Source of the DNA: an uncultured Anaerolineales bacterium
GTDB taxonomy: Bacteria; Chloroflexota; Anaerolineae; Anaerolineales; UBA6663
Assembly: GCA_964480865.1 (NCBI GenBank)
Contig: CAYZRP010000001.1
Span: forward strand, 22,096 to 86,095
Length of the DNA: 64,000 nucleotides
Direction of reading: 5' to 3'
Below, piece by piece: positions 1-10,131 of this stretch (the first letter of the stretch is position 1; every line of letters begins with the position of its first letter). The position numbers and the translations under genes were made by a program. Under the pieces are notes generated by a model that was given only the letters and a program-made list of their open reading frames with translations, did not search any database and was not told where the DNA came from.

Positions 1-330
1 TCGGTCAGCGCCGTGGTCGAGGAAAACACTGCAGCGACCGAAGAGATGGCGACCGGTTCGGTATCGGTGATGCAGGCCATCGAGAACATCGCCTCGGTGA
101 GCGAGGAGAACTCGGCCGCCGTCGAGGAGGTCTCGGCATCGGCGGAGGAGATGAGTGCCCAGGTGGAAGAAGTCACCGCGTCGGCTCAATCGCTCGCCCA
201 GATGGCGCAATCCCTCCAGCAGGTGGTCTCGCAGTTCAAGCTGGCCGACACGGGTCGTAACGTCGGTGTCTCGCCGACGCCCGCCGTGGCGGTGCATGTG
301 AAGAAACGCGCCAATCCAATCGCCGTCTGA
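1..330 (+). CDS. Methyl-accepting chemotaxis protein, C-terminal signalling-domain fragment (5' end lies outside the window)
   Basis: The frame is open from nt 1. The translation EENTAATEEMATGSVSVMQAIENIASVSEENSAAVEEVSASAEEMSAQVEEV matches the conserved MCP signalling and methylation-helix region. Stop at 328-330. Confidence 0.85.
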   Translation, partial: SVSAVVEENTAATEEMATGSVSVMQAIENIASVSEENSAAVEEVSASAEEMSAQVEEVTASAQSLAQMAQSLQQVVSQFKLADTGRNVGVSPTPAVAVHVKKRANPIAV

Positions 331-357
331 CGGTCCCGCACAACGCTCAAACAGCAC

Positions 358-392
358 AAGGGACGGGCCGACTCATCGTCGGCCCGTCCCTT
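358..392. terminator. GC-rich hairpin between convergent genes (candidate bidirectional terminator)
   Basis: Perfect 15-bp stem: aagggacgggccgac (358-372) pairs with gtcggcccgtccctt (378-392), loop 5 nt. It starts 28 nt after the MCP stop. There is no T-tract. Confidence 0.5.
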
Positions 393-494
393 GTCGTTCG
401 AGGGCGGCCCGATCGGGTCCCATCGTCTGTCGATGTCTGCGTTGTGACGCCAGGCTGCGTTGCCGCGACGAACCTGTCTGCCTTGCTTCGCGCG

Positions 495-1463
495 CTATTC
501 TGCAAGGGCTGCGATCTCAGCGGCGCAGATGGACCCCGTTCCGGCCGGTGTGCCCGCCGAGCTGACCAGTCGTCCGATGAGGTCGGGGCTGCTCCAGTGT
601 TCGCGATCGATGAATCCGAGTTGATAAGAGTCAGGGTCGGCCAGGTAGCACCAATCTTGACCGTAGATGATGACGGGCTGCGCCAGGGGGAGTTCATACC
701 AGGGTCGCGCCTCGCGCAGAGTCGCGGGATAGCGGCCCTCACGAGCGCGAAAGGCCTCAATCGCCTGTACTGCCTGTGCTGCTCGCTGATCGGTGAGCAG
801 ACGATAGTCGACGCGTTGGGCCATGAGATACACGGTCATCACAAGAGCCGGTATGCCCACGGCGCAGGCTGTTGCGATCAGACGCTGGTCGGGTAGGGTC
901 GCGATGAGCACAGCCCCTGAGGCCAGCACGGCCAGCATGGGCAGGATGAGCCACAACCAGTTCAGCGGATCATAGGTTCGGTCCCACACCAACAGCCAGT
1001 ACAGGAAGTGCAACGCCCAGATCAACAGGAGCCCGCTCAAGCCGCCACTCAGCCAGGTCAGGTAAGGACGTGCCGCCACCGTGGCGCGCGGCTCAACGCG
1101 CTGACGCAAGCTGATCTGCAGGAGCATGCTTGCCGTCATCAGCGCTGCGGGGACGATCCACCAGGCAAAGCCGGGCAGGGGCCCGGCGGCAGATTGAGCC
1201 TGATGATCGCCAGTGAAGTAACTCGACAGTCCAGGCAACGCCAACACCATCCATAGCCCTGAGCCCAACGCCACCCAGACCCACGGGCTCAGATGCTGCA
1301 CCGCAAACACGAGGGCGGGCGCCAACGCGGCGGCGGCCACGATGGCAACACCGATCAGCACTCCCAATCCGCCGCCGCCCAGGAGTACAACGGCTTGCCA
1401 GCCCAGCAGAGCCATTAACAGGGCCAGCAGTCCCAGCGCCCATCGCGGGAATGGTCGGGTCAT
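495..1463 (-). CDS. Polytopic membrane protein with a soluble C-terminal domain, function unknown
   Basis: 322-aa ORF with multiple hydrophobic segments (LGLLALLMALLGWQAVVLLGGGG, WLWLILPMLAVLASGAVLIATL) followed by a hydrophilic tail of about 100 aa. No family recognised. Confidence 0.6.
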   Translation of the reverse strand: MTRPFPRWALGLLALLMALLGWQAVVLLGGGGLGVLIGVAIVAAAALAPALVFAVQHLSPWVWVALGSGLWMVLALPGLSSYFTGDHQAQSAAGPLPGFAWWIVPAALMTASMLLQISLRQRVEPRATVAARPYLTWLSGGLSGLLLIWALHFLYWLLVWDRTYDPLNWLWLILPMLAVLASGAVLIATLPDQRLIATACAVGIPALVMTVYLMAQRVDYRLLTDQRAAQAVQAIEAFRAREGRYPATLREARPWYELPLAQPVIIYGQDWCYLADPDSYQLGFIDREHWSSPDLIGRLVSSAGTPAGTGSICAAEIAALAE

Positions 1464-2032
1464 GGTGGTCGCCCTCCTCGCGGCACGGTTGCCGGCTTCG
1501 CTGCCTATCGGCGAGGCCCTCGCCTCATGAAGTGATGAATCGCCGGTCTCGGTGGCCTGGCCTCATCCACGGCGTCGTGGATGAGCACTTCAGAATAGGC
1601 ACCGCCGTCACAGGCTGTCAATAGTCCCGGGATCCCGTGCCCAGACAAGTGCCGCTTCACGCTTCACTGTAAGCGCATGATCACCGAAACACGCCGGAGA
1701 CGCGACCGGGCGCTCGCGCCATCGATATCCCGACCTGTCTGCATGATCGATATCCTTGTTGCCGCCTCGAGCGTTGGGCAGGCGACGTGTGACGCACGGC
1801 ACGGAACCCATTGACCGGCGACGATATAGTTACCCTGCTTCATGCGGAGGCGAGCCCGTTTGGGTTCCACCGTTCTTCGTCCTGCCAACCTGTTCCTGCC
1901 AGTCACAACCGAACACTCCGACGCAACCCGCTTGCCCATGCCCGACGGGTGCTCAAGACAGGTGATTGCGTCAACCTCACTTCGCTATCGTGCAGGGCGT
2001 GCTGTCCGCGCGATCGAGATCCGGCAGGAGGT

Positions 2033-2704
2033 ATGGCGATGCAGACGACTCGGTTGTATCAGATCTGCGGCGTGTTCAGCGTGGTGGGGGCCCTCGTCTT
2101 TTCCGTTCACATTGTTCTGAGGTCGGTGCTCACTGCGGGTGTGGATCCCGTCGTCTCAGCTCAAGGCCCCTTCTGGATCACGGTCAACGCGCTCGGCGCC
2201 TCAGGCGCGCTGATGGTGTTGATCGGGCTTCCTGCAGTCTATGCAGGAAGAGTCGCAAGGGCGGGATGGGTCGGTTTGATCGGAACGATCCTGCTCGGCA
2301 TGTCCTGGATCTTCTTTGGTGTCTTCTTGAGCCTGTATGCGATCTTGATCCTGCCGTGGCTGGCCACTGACGCGCCAGATCTCGTTGCCGCAACTGCCCC
2401 TCAGCCGACCCTGTTCGTCGTCGCCTTCGTTCTGGGCCTTGGCGCGTGGCTCGCGGGCGCCGGGCTGCTGGCCGTGCCTTTCTTGCGGAGGCGTCTGAGT
2501 CCACGTTGGATAGGCTATCTGTTGCCGTTCTCGGCTATTTGGATGCTGGTCGAAACTTTCGTCATCGCGCCTGGTGGTCCCGCCAGTAACCTGGCGGTCA
2601 ATCTTCTTTCGAACCTCGGACCGATCCTGTTGGTGGTCGCTATCGGGTACCTGGGCTTTCGCTTGGCGTCCGAACCCTCGGTTTCGCGCATAACCCACGG
2701 GTGA
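2033..2704 (+). CDS. Integral membrane protein, function unknown
   Basis: ATG at 2033 is preceded by ggagg. The product (MAMQTTRLYQICGVFSVVGALVFSV...) has 6-7 hydrophobic helices. The upstream extension of the listed ORF (from 1811) is Arg/Cys-rich and looks non-coding. Confidence 0.6.
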   Translation: MAMQTTRLYQICGVFSVVGALVFSVHIVLRSVLTAGVDPVVSAQGPFWITVNALGASGALMVLIGLPAVYAGRVARAGWVGLIGTILLGMSWIFFGVFLSLYAILILPWLATDAPDLVAATAPQPTLFVVAFVLGLGAWLAGAGLLAVPFLRRRLSPRWIGYLLPFSAIWMLVETFVIAPGGPASNLAVNLLSNLGPILLVVAIGYLGFRLASEPSVSRITHG

Positions 2705-2811
2705 GGCCACCCTGTGTGGTCGGCCACCGCTTTGGCCCAAAGTGCGGCAGGCTGCGATCGGCGCATGTGCTTCCTCAAATGTGGGCGATCCGACGGCCGC
2801 GCCCTCTGGCC

Positions 2812-5238
2812 TCAGAAGGTCAGAGTGAGAGACTCGCCGGTGTAGATCGTGACCTGTTCGAATCGGGCGCGGGTCGCGTCTGATGCCTCATGCAAAACCG
2901 CGCGGATCTCGATCTCCGAACGCATCCCTGTAAAGCGGCCCGATCGTGATCCGATGGTCAGTGATCGCTCGTGGTCGTTCCAGCGCAGCGGCATCCAGGC
3001 TCGCTCGCCGACCTCGTAGTCATACCCATCGCCCGCATCGTCGTACAGGTCAAAGGCGACATCGGAACCGGGATAGACATGCAACTCCAGCGGGGCATCA
3101 GGTCTGTCATTCACGTGCTGTCGCACAGGCCCCATCGGGATGATTGAACCCGCCCGGACATAGAGCGGCAGGACATCCAGCGGTGCGTTGGCCGATATCG
3201 TCTGCCCGCCCGACAAACGCTCACCGGTCCAGAAGTCCACCCAATCGGCGCCTTCGGGCAAATACACAGGGCGCGTCTGGCTACCTGGCTCAGGGGATGT
3301 TGAGCGCGATGTATTCACCCAGGGTTGGGTGACCGGGCAGACGAGCAGCGCGGGCCCAAACATGTATTGATCGCCGACGTGGTGCGTCTCAGGGTCCTGT
3401 CGGAAATCGAATGGCAACGCGCGCATGGGTGTGTAATTGCGGTGTGTTGTCCAACCGGCTATGGAGTAGATGTAAGGCAGCAGCTGGTAACGCAGGTTTA
3501 GGAACCGGACCAGGGCCTCGTACGTCGGCTCGCCCGGTTCGCCGAAGCGCCAGATCTCCCGCGGCGTGTCAGTGCCATGTGCGCGGAACATCGGCAGGAA
3601 GCTGGCGTACTGAAACCACCGGACGTACAGCTCGCGATACCCCGGGTCGGCCACACCAGCGTCGAAATCGCCATTCCAGAACCACAGGTCCGGCTTGCGG
3701 TGCACGAAGAACGCGCCGATGTCCGTGGTCCAGTAGGGCAGGCCCGTCATGCAGAAGTTGAGGCCGTCGGCGACCTGGCGGCGCAACGTCTCCCACGAGG
3801 CAGAGACGTCGCCCGACCAGGTGACTGTGGCGTAGCGCTGCTGGCCCAGATACGCCGAGCGCGTCAGGTTCACCACGCGCTTGGCGTCTGTCGCCTGGCG
3901 CTGACCCGTGTACATCGCTTCAGCGTGGTGGAGCGAGTAGGCATTGATCAGCTCCGGGTCCAGGTAACGCCTGGCCTCGTCGGTGTTGATCCGCATGCGC
4001 TCCTCTGGCTCAGGCTTGACCGAGCCCTTCCAGTCCGATTCGAAGGGCTCGGTGCAATCACACCACCACGCATCGATGCCGTGTGCAAAGAGACCGTCGT
4101 GCGCCTGTTTCCAGTAACAGGCGCGGGCAGCAGGGTTGAACGCGTTGTACGTGGCCTGATTGCCGAGCAGCAGACCTCGTTCTTTGAGCTCACGCCAGTT
4201 GTCTCCGCCCGACTGCAAAATCGGCCAGATCGAGATCATCAGGCTCGCTCCAAGCGCGTGCAGATCGGTCATCATCCGGTCAGGGTCGGGGAAGCGTTCG
4301 GGATCCAGCGACTTCTGGCCCCACAGATCGCCCGGCCACGACTTCCAGTCGAGCACAATGCAATCCAGCGGCAGCGCCCTCGCTCGATATTCGCGGACGA
4401 TCTCGATCAGCTCGGCCTGGCTGGCATAGCGCTCTTTGGACTGGATGTAGCCGTACGCCCACCTGGGCAGCAACGGCACTTCACCGGTGAGATGTCGCAC
4501 CTGCGCCACGATGTCGTCCAACTCCGGTCCGACGACAAAGAAGTAGTCGAGTTCGTCGTCGACATCGCTCCAGATGTATGAACCGTAGGCGTCGTCGTGA
4601 AAGGTCATTAACGAGCAACTGTTGAAGCAGACGCCGTAGCCGCGTGTCGAGACCAGCACCGGGACGACGGCCTTCATGTTCTGTTGGTACAGGTATTGAT
4701 GCTGGCCGCGGAGGTTGAACATGCCTTCTTCGTGCGAGCCCAAACCAAAAAGGGCTTCATCAGGCGCCCAATCGAACGCGAGCTTCGTGTGGAACGCCTG
4801 CCGATCCACGACCGTGCGCACAGCCAGGGCCTCCACGCGCAGCCCGTCAGCATTATCGCGGTGCTCGACTACGGCGGCGTCATCGAAGCGAGAGACAATG
4901 ACGTCGATCGGCTCGAGCACCTTGCCCCCGCGCGCAGGCTCGCGCGTGAGCAAACAACCCTGGTGATCGAAATAGCTGAAGGCTTCTGTTCGAGAATCGA
5001 TGACGATCTTGAGCCGGTCAGTCGTGAAGATGAGATGGCCAGCTGACTCGCGTACGTCAAATCGGGTGGCGGGATCCGGCTCCGCGATGACCAGGGGCCC
5101 GGCGTCGTTGCAGAAATCCGATGTCGGGCGGTAGCGAATGCGGATGGTCTGAGCTGTGTAAGGGCTGAGCTCCAGAAAGCCTCGAGTGGTTTCGATCGTC
5201 AAGGCGCGAGCGGTGAGTACATACGTCACGATAGGCAT
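2812..5238 (-). CDS. Glycoside hydrolase family 31 (alpha-glucosidase/alpha-xylosidase type)
   Basis: 808 aa. GH31-like core with DCIVLDWKSWPGDLWGQKSLDPERFPDPDRMMTDLHALGASLMISIWP and GIDAWWCDCTEPF (catalytic-region signature). Confidence 0.85.
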   Translation of the reverse strand: MPIVTYVLTARALTIETTRGFLELSPYTAQTIRIRYRPTSDFCNDAGPLVIAEPDPATRFDVRESAGHLIFTTDRLKIVIDSRTEAFSYFDHQGCLLTREPARGGKVLEPIDVIVSRFDDAAVVEHRDNADGLRVEALAVRTVVDRQAFHTKLAFDWAPDEALFGLGSHEEGMFNLRGQHQYLYQQNMKAVVPVLVSTRGYGVCFNSCSLMTFHDDAYGSYIWSDVDDELDYFFVVGPELDDIVAQVRHLTGEVPLLPRWAYGYIQSKERYASQAELIEIVREYRARALPLDCIVLDWKSWPGDLWGQKSLDPERFPDPDRMMTDLHALGASLMISIWPILQSGGDNWRELKERGLLLGNQATYNAFNPAARACYWKQAHDGLFAHGIDAWWCDCTEPFESDWKGSVKPEPEERMRINTDEARRYLDPELINAYSLHHAEAMYTGQRQATDAKRVVNLTRSAYLGQQRYATVTWSGDVSASWETLRRQVADGLNFCMTGLPYWTTDIGAFFVHRKPDLWFWNGDFDAGVADPGYRELYVRWFQYASFLPMFRAHGTDTPREIWRFGEPGEPTYEALVRFLNLRYQLLPYIYSIAGWTTHRNYTPMRALPFDFRQDPETHHVGDQYMFGPALLVCPVTQPWVNTSRSTSPEPGSQTRPVYLPEGADWVDFWTGERLSGGQTISANAPLDVLPLYVRAGSIIPMGPVRQHVNDRPDAPLELHVYPGSDVAFDLYDDAGDGYDYEVGERAWMPLRWNDHERSLTIGSRSGRFTGMRSEIEIRAVLHEASDATRARFEQVTIYTGESLTLTF

Positions 5239-5309
5239 AGGGTCTCAAGTAACGGCCTCGCTCGCGCAACCCGGGCGGTGTCGCGGGCGAGGCGTACAGA
5301 TCAAGTCCT

Positions 5310-6644
5310 TCAGCGCGCAAACTGTGGCAGCCAGCGCGCCTGAGCCGCAAACATCTCGTCGACGAGCGCATGGATCTGGTCGAGGCTGCAGGCCGCCGCG
5401 GTCAGCGGGTCCAGCAGCACGGCATGATGTACGGCGTCGCGGTCTCCACGCAGAGCCCCCAGCACCGCCAGTTCCTGGACATGGATGTTGGTGCGGTTGA
5501 GGGCGGCGAGCTGGGGCGGCAGTGCGCCGACCACCACGCCCTGCACGCCGTTTCGATCCACAAGACAGGGCACCTCGACGCAACATCCAGGAGGCAGGTT
5601 CGTGATGTGGCCGCGATTGGGCAGGTTGCCGTTGATCTTGATCGGCACGTTCGTTTCGATGGCTTCTAGGATGGCTGCGCCATACTCGTGCGTGCGCGCG
5701 GCGCCGAGTGTTCGAGTCCCGTCGATCAAGGCCTGGAAGTCACGGTCCGCGTGCGCTTCGCGTTCAAGGCAGTGCCGCAGATAGCCACCGGTGCGCCCGA
5801 AATCGAACCAGCCGTCTTCGGCATTCTTGAAGCGGGGAGCCAGTTCGTCGAGCACCTGACGCCCTGTCTTGCGAAAGTAAGGCAGGTACTCGCTGGCGTG
5901 ACCGCTGGATTCGGTGACGAAGTACCCGAAATGTCGCATCAGCTCGCCGCGCACCGGCTCCTGCCCGAAGATATCCTCGCGTTGGAGGGCCGCGCGGATC
6001 AAGGGATAGAGGTCCTGCTCCCCACGCCTGAACTCGAGAAAGAAGGCCTGGTGGTTGATGCCGGCGCAAACGAATGAGACCTCGTCGATCGGCACGTCGA
6101 TCCAGCGCGCCAGCATTTCGGAGGTTCCCTGCACGCTGTGGCACAGGCCGACGTGTGGTCGACCGGAGCCATCCGCGATCGCCCAACAATTGATGGCCAT
6201 CGGGTTGACGTAGTTGAGGAGCAGCGCGTGCGGCGCGAGGGCGTCAAGCTCGTGACACAGATCCAGAAGCACCGGGATGGTTCGCAGCCCGCGAAAGACC
6301 CCGCCCGGGCCGAGCGTATCGCCGACGCATTGCTCCACGCCATATTTGCGCGGGATCTCGATATCGAGCGCATACGCGTCAAGGCCGCCCTGCTGAAAGG
6401 TCGTGATGACGTAGCGGGCGTCGCGGATGGCTTCGCGACGATCGAGCGTGGCGGAGACGCGAGCCGCGAGGCCGCGCCGCGCCACAAGGGCCTCAACAAG
6501 GCGCCGGCTGCGCTCGAGGCGTTTCGGGTCGACGTCCATCAACGCAAGTTCTGCATCCTGCAGCGCAGGCGTGAGCAGGATGTCGTTGCACAGATTGCGG
6601 GTGAAGACCAGACTGCCGGCGCCGATCAGGGCGATCTTGATCAT
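5310..6644 (-). CDS. Glycoside hydrolase family 4 (NAD/Mn-dependent alpha-galactosidase/alpha-glucosidase type)
   Basis: N-terminal Rossmann motif MIKIALIGAGSLVFTRNL. Also NYVNPMAINCW and the conserved HVGLCHSVQGT Cys-His motif typical of GH4. 444 aa. Confidence 0.85.
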   Translation of the reverse strand: MIKIALIGAGSLVFTRNLCNDILLTPALQDAELALMDVDPKRLERSRRLVEALVARRGLAARVSATLDRREAIRDARYVITTFQQGGLDAYALDIEIPRKYGVEQCVGDTLGPGGVFRGLRTIPVLLDLCHELDALAPHALLLNYVNPMAINCWAIADGSGRPHVGLCHSVQGTSEMLARWIDVPIDEVSFVCAGINHQAFFLEFRRGEQDLYPLIRAALQREDIFGQEPVRGELMRHFGYFVTESSGHASEYLPYFRKTGRQVLDELAPRFKNAEDGWFDFGRTGGYLRHCLEREAHADRDFQALIDGTRTLGAARTHEYGAAILEAIETNVPIKINGNLPNRGHITNLPPGCCVEVPCLVDRNGVQGVVVGALPPQLAALNRTNIHVQELAVLGALRGDRDAVHHAVLLDPLTAAACSLDQIHALVDEMFAAQARWLPQFAR

Positions 6645-6699
6645 GGGCAGATCCTTTCTGGCTCGTCGCGGGTCAGGTCCGAAGACCGCTGGCTATGGC

Positions 6700-7656
6700 C
6701 TAACCCTTGATGGCACCGGAGTAGGCGCCGCCGATGACGTAGCGCTGCGCGACGAGGAACACAATGGCAACCGGCACGACCATGACGAGCCCGAGCAGGG
6801 CAGCTTCAGCCTGCTGATAACCGACGAAAACCCCCGGGCTGGGATTGAAGCCCGGCCGGAGGGCGGATGTGGCCGTGACGAACTGTTGGATCCCGACGGG
6901 CAGGTTGAACAACCTGTCGTTGTTCAGCAACACGTATGGTCCGAAGAAGTTGTTCCAGTTCGTGTTGAAGTTGATGAAGGCCAACAGGCCGAGCAGCGGC
7001 GCCGCCAGCGGCAGGGCCACGTGCCGGAAGAGTTGAAACTCCGAACACCCGTCGACCCGGGCCGCGTCGAGCAACTCAGGCGGCAGGCTGGAAGCATAGT
7101 AGATGTAGGTCAGATAGGTGCCGAACGGAAAGAACGCGGCCGGCAGGATCACGGACCACTCGGTGTTGACCAGCCGGAACAGGTTGAGCTCCAGGAACAG
7201 CGGGAGCACCAGCGCCGACGGCGGCAGCAGCATGGTGATGAGCGTCAACCAGAGCAGCAGCCGACGGCCCGGAAAGCGCGCCGTCGCCAGGATGTACCCG
7301 GCCGGGATGCAGGTCGCCAGGCCAAGCGCCAACGACCAGGCCGCGTACTTGATCGAGTTTCCCAGCCAGAGCAGCACCTCGCCCTTCTGGAAAGCGAAGA
7401 TTCGGTCCCAGGCCAGAGCGATGCGCTCGAGGGAGCCGAAAGCCAGAGGGCTCAGCGTGTTCAGATCTGGTGCGCTCTTGGTGGTGGCCAGGATCAGCCA
7501 GAGCAGTGGCACGCAGAAGTAGACGGCGAACAACAGCAGGACTCCCCAGCGCAGAAAGAACCCGAGGACGCCAGTCTCTCCAGTCGTTCGGGCCCAGGCT
7601 CGCTGCCAGCGCTGGGCAGCGTTCAGCGATCGATGGGCTGGATTCCTGTTGGTCAT
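6700..7656 (-). CDS. Carbohydrate ABC transporter permease (MalG-like)
   Basis: Six hydrophobic segments and an EAA loop: ELLDAARVDGCSEFQLFRHVALPLAAP. Confidence 0.85.
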   Translation of the reverse strand: MTNRNPAHRSLNAAQRWQRAWARTTGETGVLGFFLRWGVLLLFAVYFCVPLLWLILATTKSAPDLNTLSPLAFGSLERIALAWDRIFAFQKGEVLLWLGNSIKYAAWSLALGLATCIPAGYILATARFPGRRLLLWLTLITMLLPPSALVLPLFLELNLFRLVNTEWSVILPAAFFPFGTYLTYIYYASSLPPELLDAARVDGCSEFQLFRHVALPLAAPLLGLLAFINFNTNWNNFFGPYVLLNNDRLFNLPVGIQQFVTATSALRPGFNPSPGVFVGYQQAEAALLGLVMVVPVAIVFLVAQRYVIGGAYSGAIKG

Positions 7657-7671
7657 GTTGCGGTTCCTCTC

Positions 7672-8628
7672 TCAGTTCTCGATCCTGAAGAAGCCCGTCC
7701 AGCGGATGATCAGGTACGCGGCGGCCAATCCAATCGCCAGCATCAAGAGCGAGAGCGCGGAGGCGGCGCCGAAGTTGCCGAGTTCGAACGCGAAGGCGTA
7801 AGCCAGCTGGTTGGGCGACCAGACCGGCGGGACCGTCGCGCCCACGCCGGTGTTGGCGCTGGCCCCCAGGATCTGGGGCTCCACGAACAACTGCACATTG
7901 CCGGCGAAGACGAGAATGAACTGATAGATGATGTACGGGCTGATCAGTGGCAGTTTGATGTGCCACATCTTCTGCCAGCCGCTGCAGCCGTCGATGGTCG
8001 CGGCCTCCAGCATCTCGGTCGGGATGCCTTCGAGCGCGCCGTACTGAATGGCGATCCACATGCCGGCGCCTGAGAAGAAGCCGACAACCGTGAAGACCAC
8101 CGGAAGGCTGCCGGGATAGACGACATCTCTGAGGAAGGTCGCGCCGGATCCCTGCAACAGGAATCGGAAGGGGCTGATGCTCGGATCAAACATGAAGATC
8201 AAGACGAGCACCAGCACCGGCCCTGTGACGGCGCCCGGGATAAAGAAGAGCGTGCGTAAAACTGTGGCCGGCAGTCCGGGCCGCATCTGCAGCAACAGGG
8301 CCAGGAGGATGACGAGGGCGATGCCTAGAGGCACCGAGATCACCAGAAAGATGCCGATGTTCGTGAGGACATCGACAAACCGGAAGTCCGAAAAGGCCAA
8401 CAGGTAGTTCTTGAACCCCGCCGCGAAGTAAAGCGGGACGCCTGTGCTGAAGTCTGAGAAGCTGATCAACAGCGCGTAGAGCCCCGGCCCGAGGCCGAAG
8501 GCCAGCATCGCCACAAGATACGGAAGCACAAACACATACGCGGTCAGATGCCTGCGCCAGCGGCTCCCGCGCGCCGGGCGCGATCCCGCCGTTGCAAGCG
8601 AGGCAAAGGGGGCTGTCGGGTTGGCCAC
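7672..8628 (-). CDS. Carbohydrate ABC transporter permease (MalF-like)
   Basis: EAA loop EMLEAATIDGCSGWQKMWHIKLPLISP. Polytopic. Lies directly upstream of the second permease. Confidence 0.85.
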   Translation of the reverse strand: MANPTAPFASLATAGSRPARGSRWRRHLTAYVFVLPYLVAMLAFGLGPGLYALLISFSDFSTGVPLYFAAGFKNYLLAFSDFRFVDVLTNIGIFLVISVPLGIALVILLALLLQMRPGLPATVLRTLFFIPGAVTGPVLVLVLIFMFDPSISPFRFLLQGSGATFLRDVVYPGSLPVVFTVVGFFSGAGMWIAIQYGALEGIPTEMLEAATIDGCSGWQKMWHIKLPLISPYIIYQFILVFAGNVQLFVEPQILGASANTGVGATVPPVWSPNQLAYAFAFELGNFGAASALSLLMLAIGLAAAYLIIRWTGFFRIEN

Positions 8629-8669
8629 ACGCAGATCCTTTCCGCTGTTCGGGTTGAAACGGACGCCGG

Positions 8670-8711
8670 GCGGGGCGCATGTCGGTGTCGTCCACCGGAC
8701 ATGCGCCCCGC
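8670..8711. promoter_or_regulatory. Intercistronic hairpin between the SBP gene and the first permease gene
   Basis: Perfect 14-bp stem: gcggggcgcatgtc (8670-8683) pairs with gacatgcgccccgc (8698-8711), loop 14 nt. On the mRNA it lies 23 nt after the SBP stop codon. Confidence 0.45.
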
Positions 8712-8733
8712 AGACATCGGCTCCGGCGTGACG

Positions 8734-10131
8734 TTACTTGGTGACGTCCACCTGGTAACCCTGCGCCTGGGCCAGCGGGGAGAGCTGGTCGGCGATGTCG
8801 GGCAACACGGACTCGATCGTCTTCCCGTCTTTGAGCGCCGACTGCACGACCAGGCTGAACGGCGCGATCAGGTCAAAGCGAGGCCACTTGTCAAGCGGCG
8901 TGATCAGACCCGATGCCTCCTGATAGACCGGGAACGGATCGCTGGCGAACAGGGCGTTGCTGGCGACCGCCTGTTGCCACAGGTTCTGGATCGGCTTATA
9001 GGCCGGGTAGTTCGTGGTGCCTTTCCAGAAGTCGGGGGAGGTGGTGACCCACTGGATGAAGTCCACGGCCAGCCGCGGGTTCTTGGTGTGATTGGACACC
9101 ATCCAGGCCGAACCACCCATCGCCGGCGTCTGAGCCTGGGCATCGTCGGCCCACTTCAGCGGCGCGGCGACACCGAGTTGATGCTCAGCGGTCTTGTACC
9201 ACGAGCTGGCTTCGTTGCCGCCGAAGACGCCGAACATCCAGGCCGGGCCGGGCATCGCCAGCAACTTGTTGCTGGAGACGATGTTGGCGAAGTCGGCGCT
9301 GAAGTAGTCGGTGGTGAAGAGCGTCTTGTTGGCGATCATGTGGTCAACGAGTTGAGCCGCGCGGATGCAGCGTGGATCCGTCATGTCGATCTTGAGCTCG
9401 GAGTCGTTGACCAGCTCATGCGACGGGCAGCCGCTGGCGTCGAAGTAGCTGACGAACGTCCAGCCATCGCCAAACGTCCCCAGGTAATAGCCGGGGTGCT
9501 CAGCCGCGACCTTGTCGCTGAGCGCCTGGTATTCCTCGAACGTGGTTGGTACGCTGTAGCCGAACTCGTCCATGAGCGGCTGGTTGTAGTACAGCACGAA
9601 CATGGCCAGGTCGTAGCGCAGGCAGTAGACCTTGTCGCCGAACTGGCAGCCCGCCATCCCATCGTAGCCTGCGAGCACATCCGCCGGCACCCACGGGGTC
9701 AGGTCGAGCGGGAGGTGATGGGCAGCGTCAGACACCCGGGCGACGATGCGGGGCTCAGCGAAGACGACGTCCGGCCACCCCTGATCGGTGTTGTTGAACA
9801 ACAGGGTCTTGGCCGGCAGTTGCTCGCGGTCGACGGTGACCGCAGTGAGCAGGCTCGCCTTGTCGGGATGAGCCGCCACGTAGGCGTCAAAGGCCGGTTG
9901 GCGGTCGGCGTCGATCCAGACCGTCACCGGAGCGTTGTCGTCGTAGGGGTCGGCGGTTGGTTCCGGCGTGACGGTGACGACCACCTGAACGGGCGTGCCT
10001 TCGACGATCTGAGTCACGACTTGAGGTGCGGATGTCACGACGATCGGCGTTTGCGCCGGCGACGCACAGGCTGACAGGATCGCGGAGATCAGGGCCAGCC
10101 CGGCCGCGGACCTCCACTTGTTTTGAGTCAT
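8734..10131 (-). CDS. Extracellular solute-binding lipoprotein, sugar ABC transporter (CUT1 type)
   Basis: Signal peptide with lipobox (LALISAILSAC). 465 aa, the size typical of family 1 SBPs. Sits upstream of two permeases. Confidence 0.85.
   Translation of the reverse strand: MTQNKWRSAAGLALISAILSACASPAQTPIVVTSAPQVVTQIVEGTPVQVVVTVTPEPTADPYDDNAPVTVWIDADRQPAFDAYVAAHPDKASLLTAVTVDREQLPAKTLLFNNTDQGWPDVVFAEPRIVARVSDAAHHLPLDLTPWVPADVLAGYDGMAGCQFGDKVYCLRYDLAMFVLYYNQPLMDEFGYSVPTTFEEYQALSDKVAAEHPGYYLGTFGDGWTFVSYFDASGCPSHELVNDSELKIDMTDPRCIRAAQLVDHMIANKTLFTTDYFSADFANIVSSNKLLAMPGPAWMFGVFGGNEASSWYKTAEHQLGVAAPLKWADDAQAQTPAMGGSAWMVSNHTKNPRLAVDFIQWVTTSPDFWKGTTNYPAYKPIQNLWQQAVASNALFASDPFPVYQEASGLITPLDKWPRFDLIAPFSLVVQSALKDGKTIESVLPDIADQLSPLAQAQGYQVDVTK

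Noticed and set aside
6427-8073. Long antisense ORF (548 aa). Similar ones occur at 8548-10074 (+), 15797-17101 (-), 27225-28787 (+), 35598-37373 (+), 39927-40913 (+), 45217-46422 (+), 49593-50684 (+), 54083-55084 (+) and 59617-60525 (-).
   Set aside because: Each lies opposite a gene with clear family motifs. Their translations are Arg/Gly/Pro/Asp/His-rich with no recognisable domains. These are the typical shadow ORFs of high-GC DNA.
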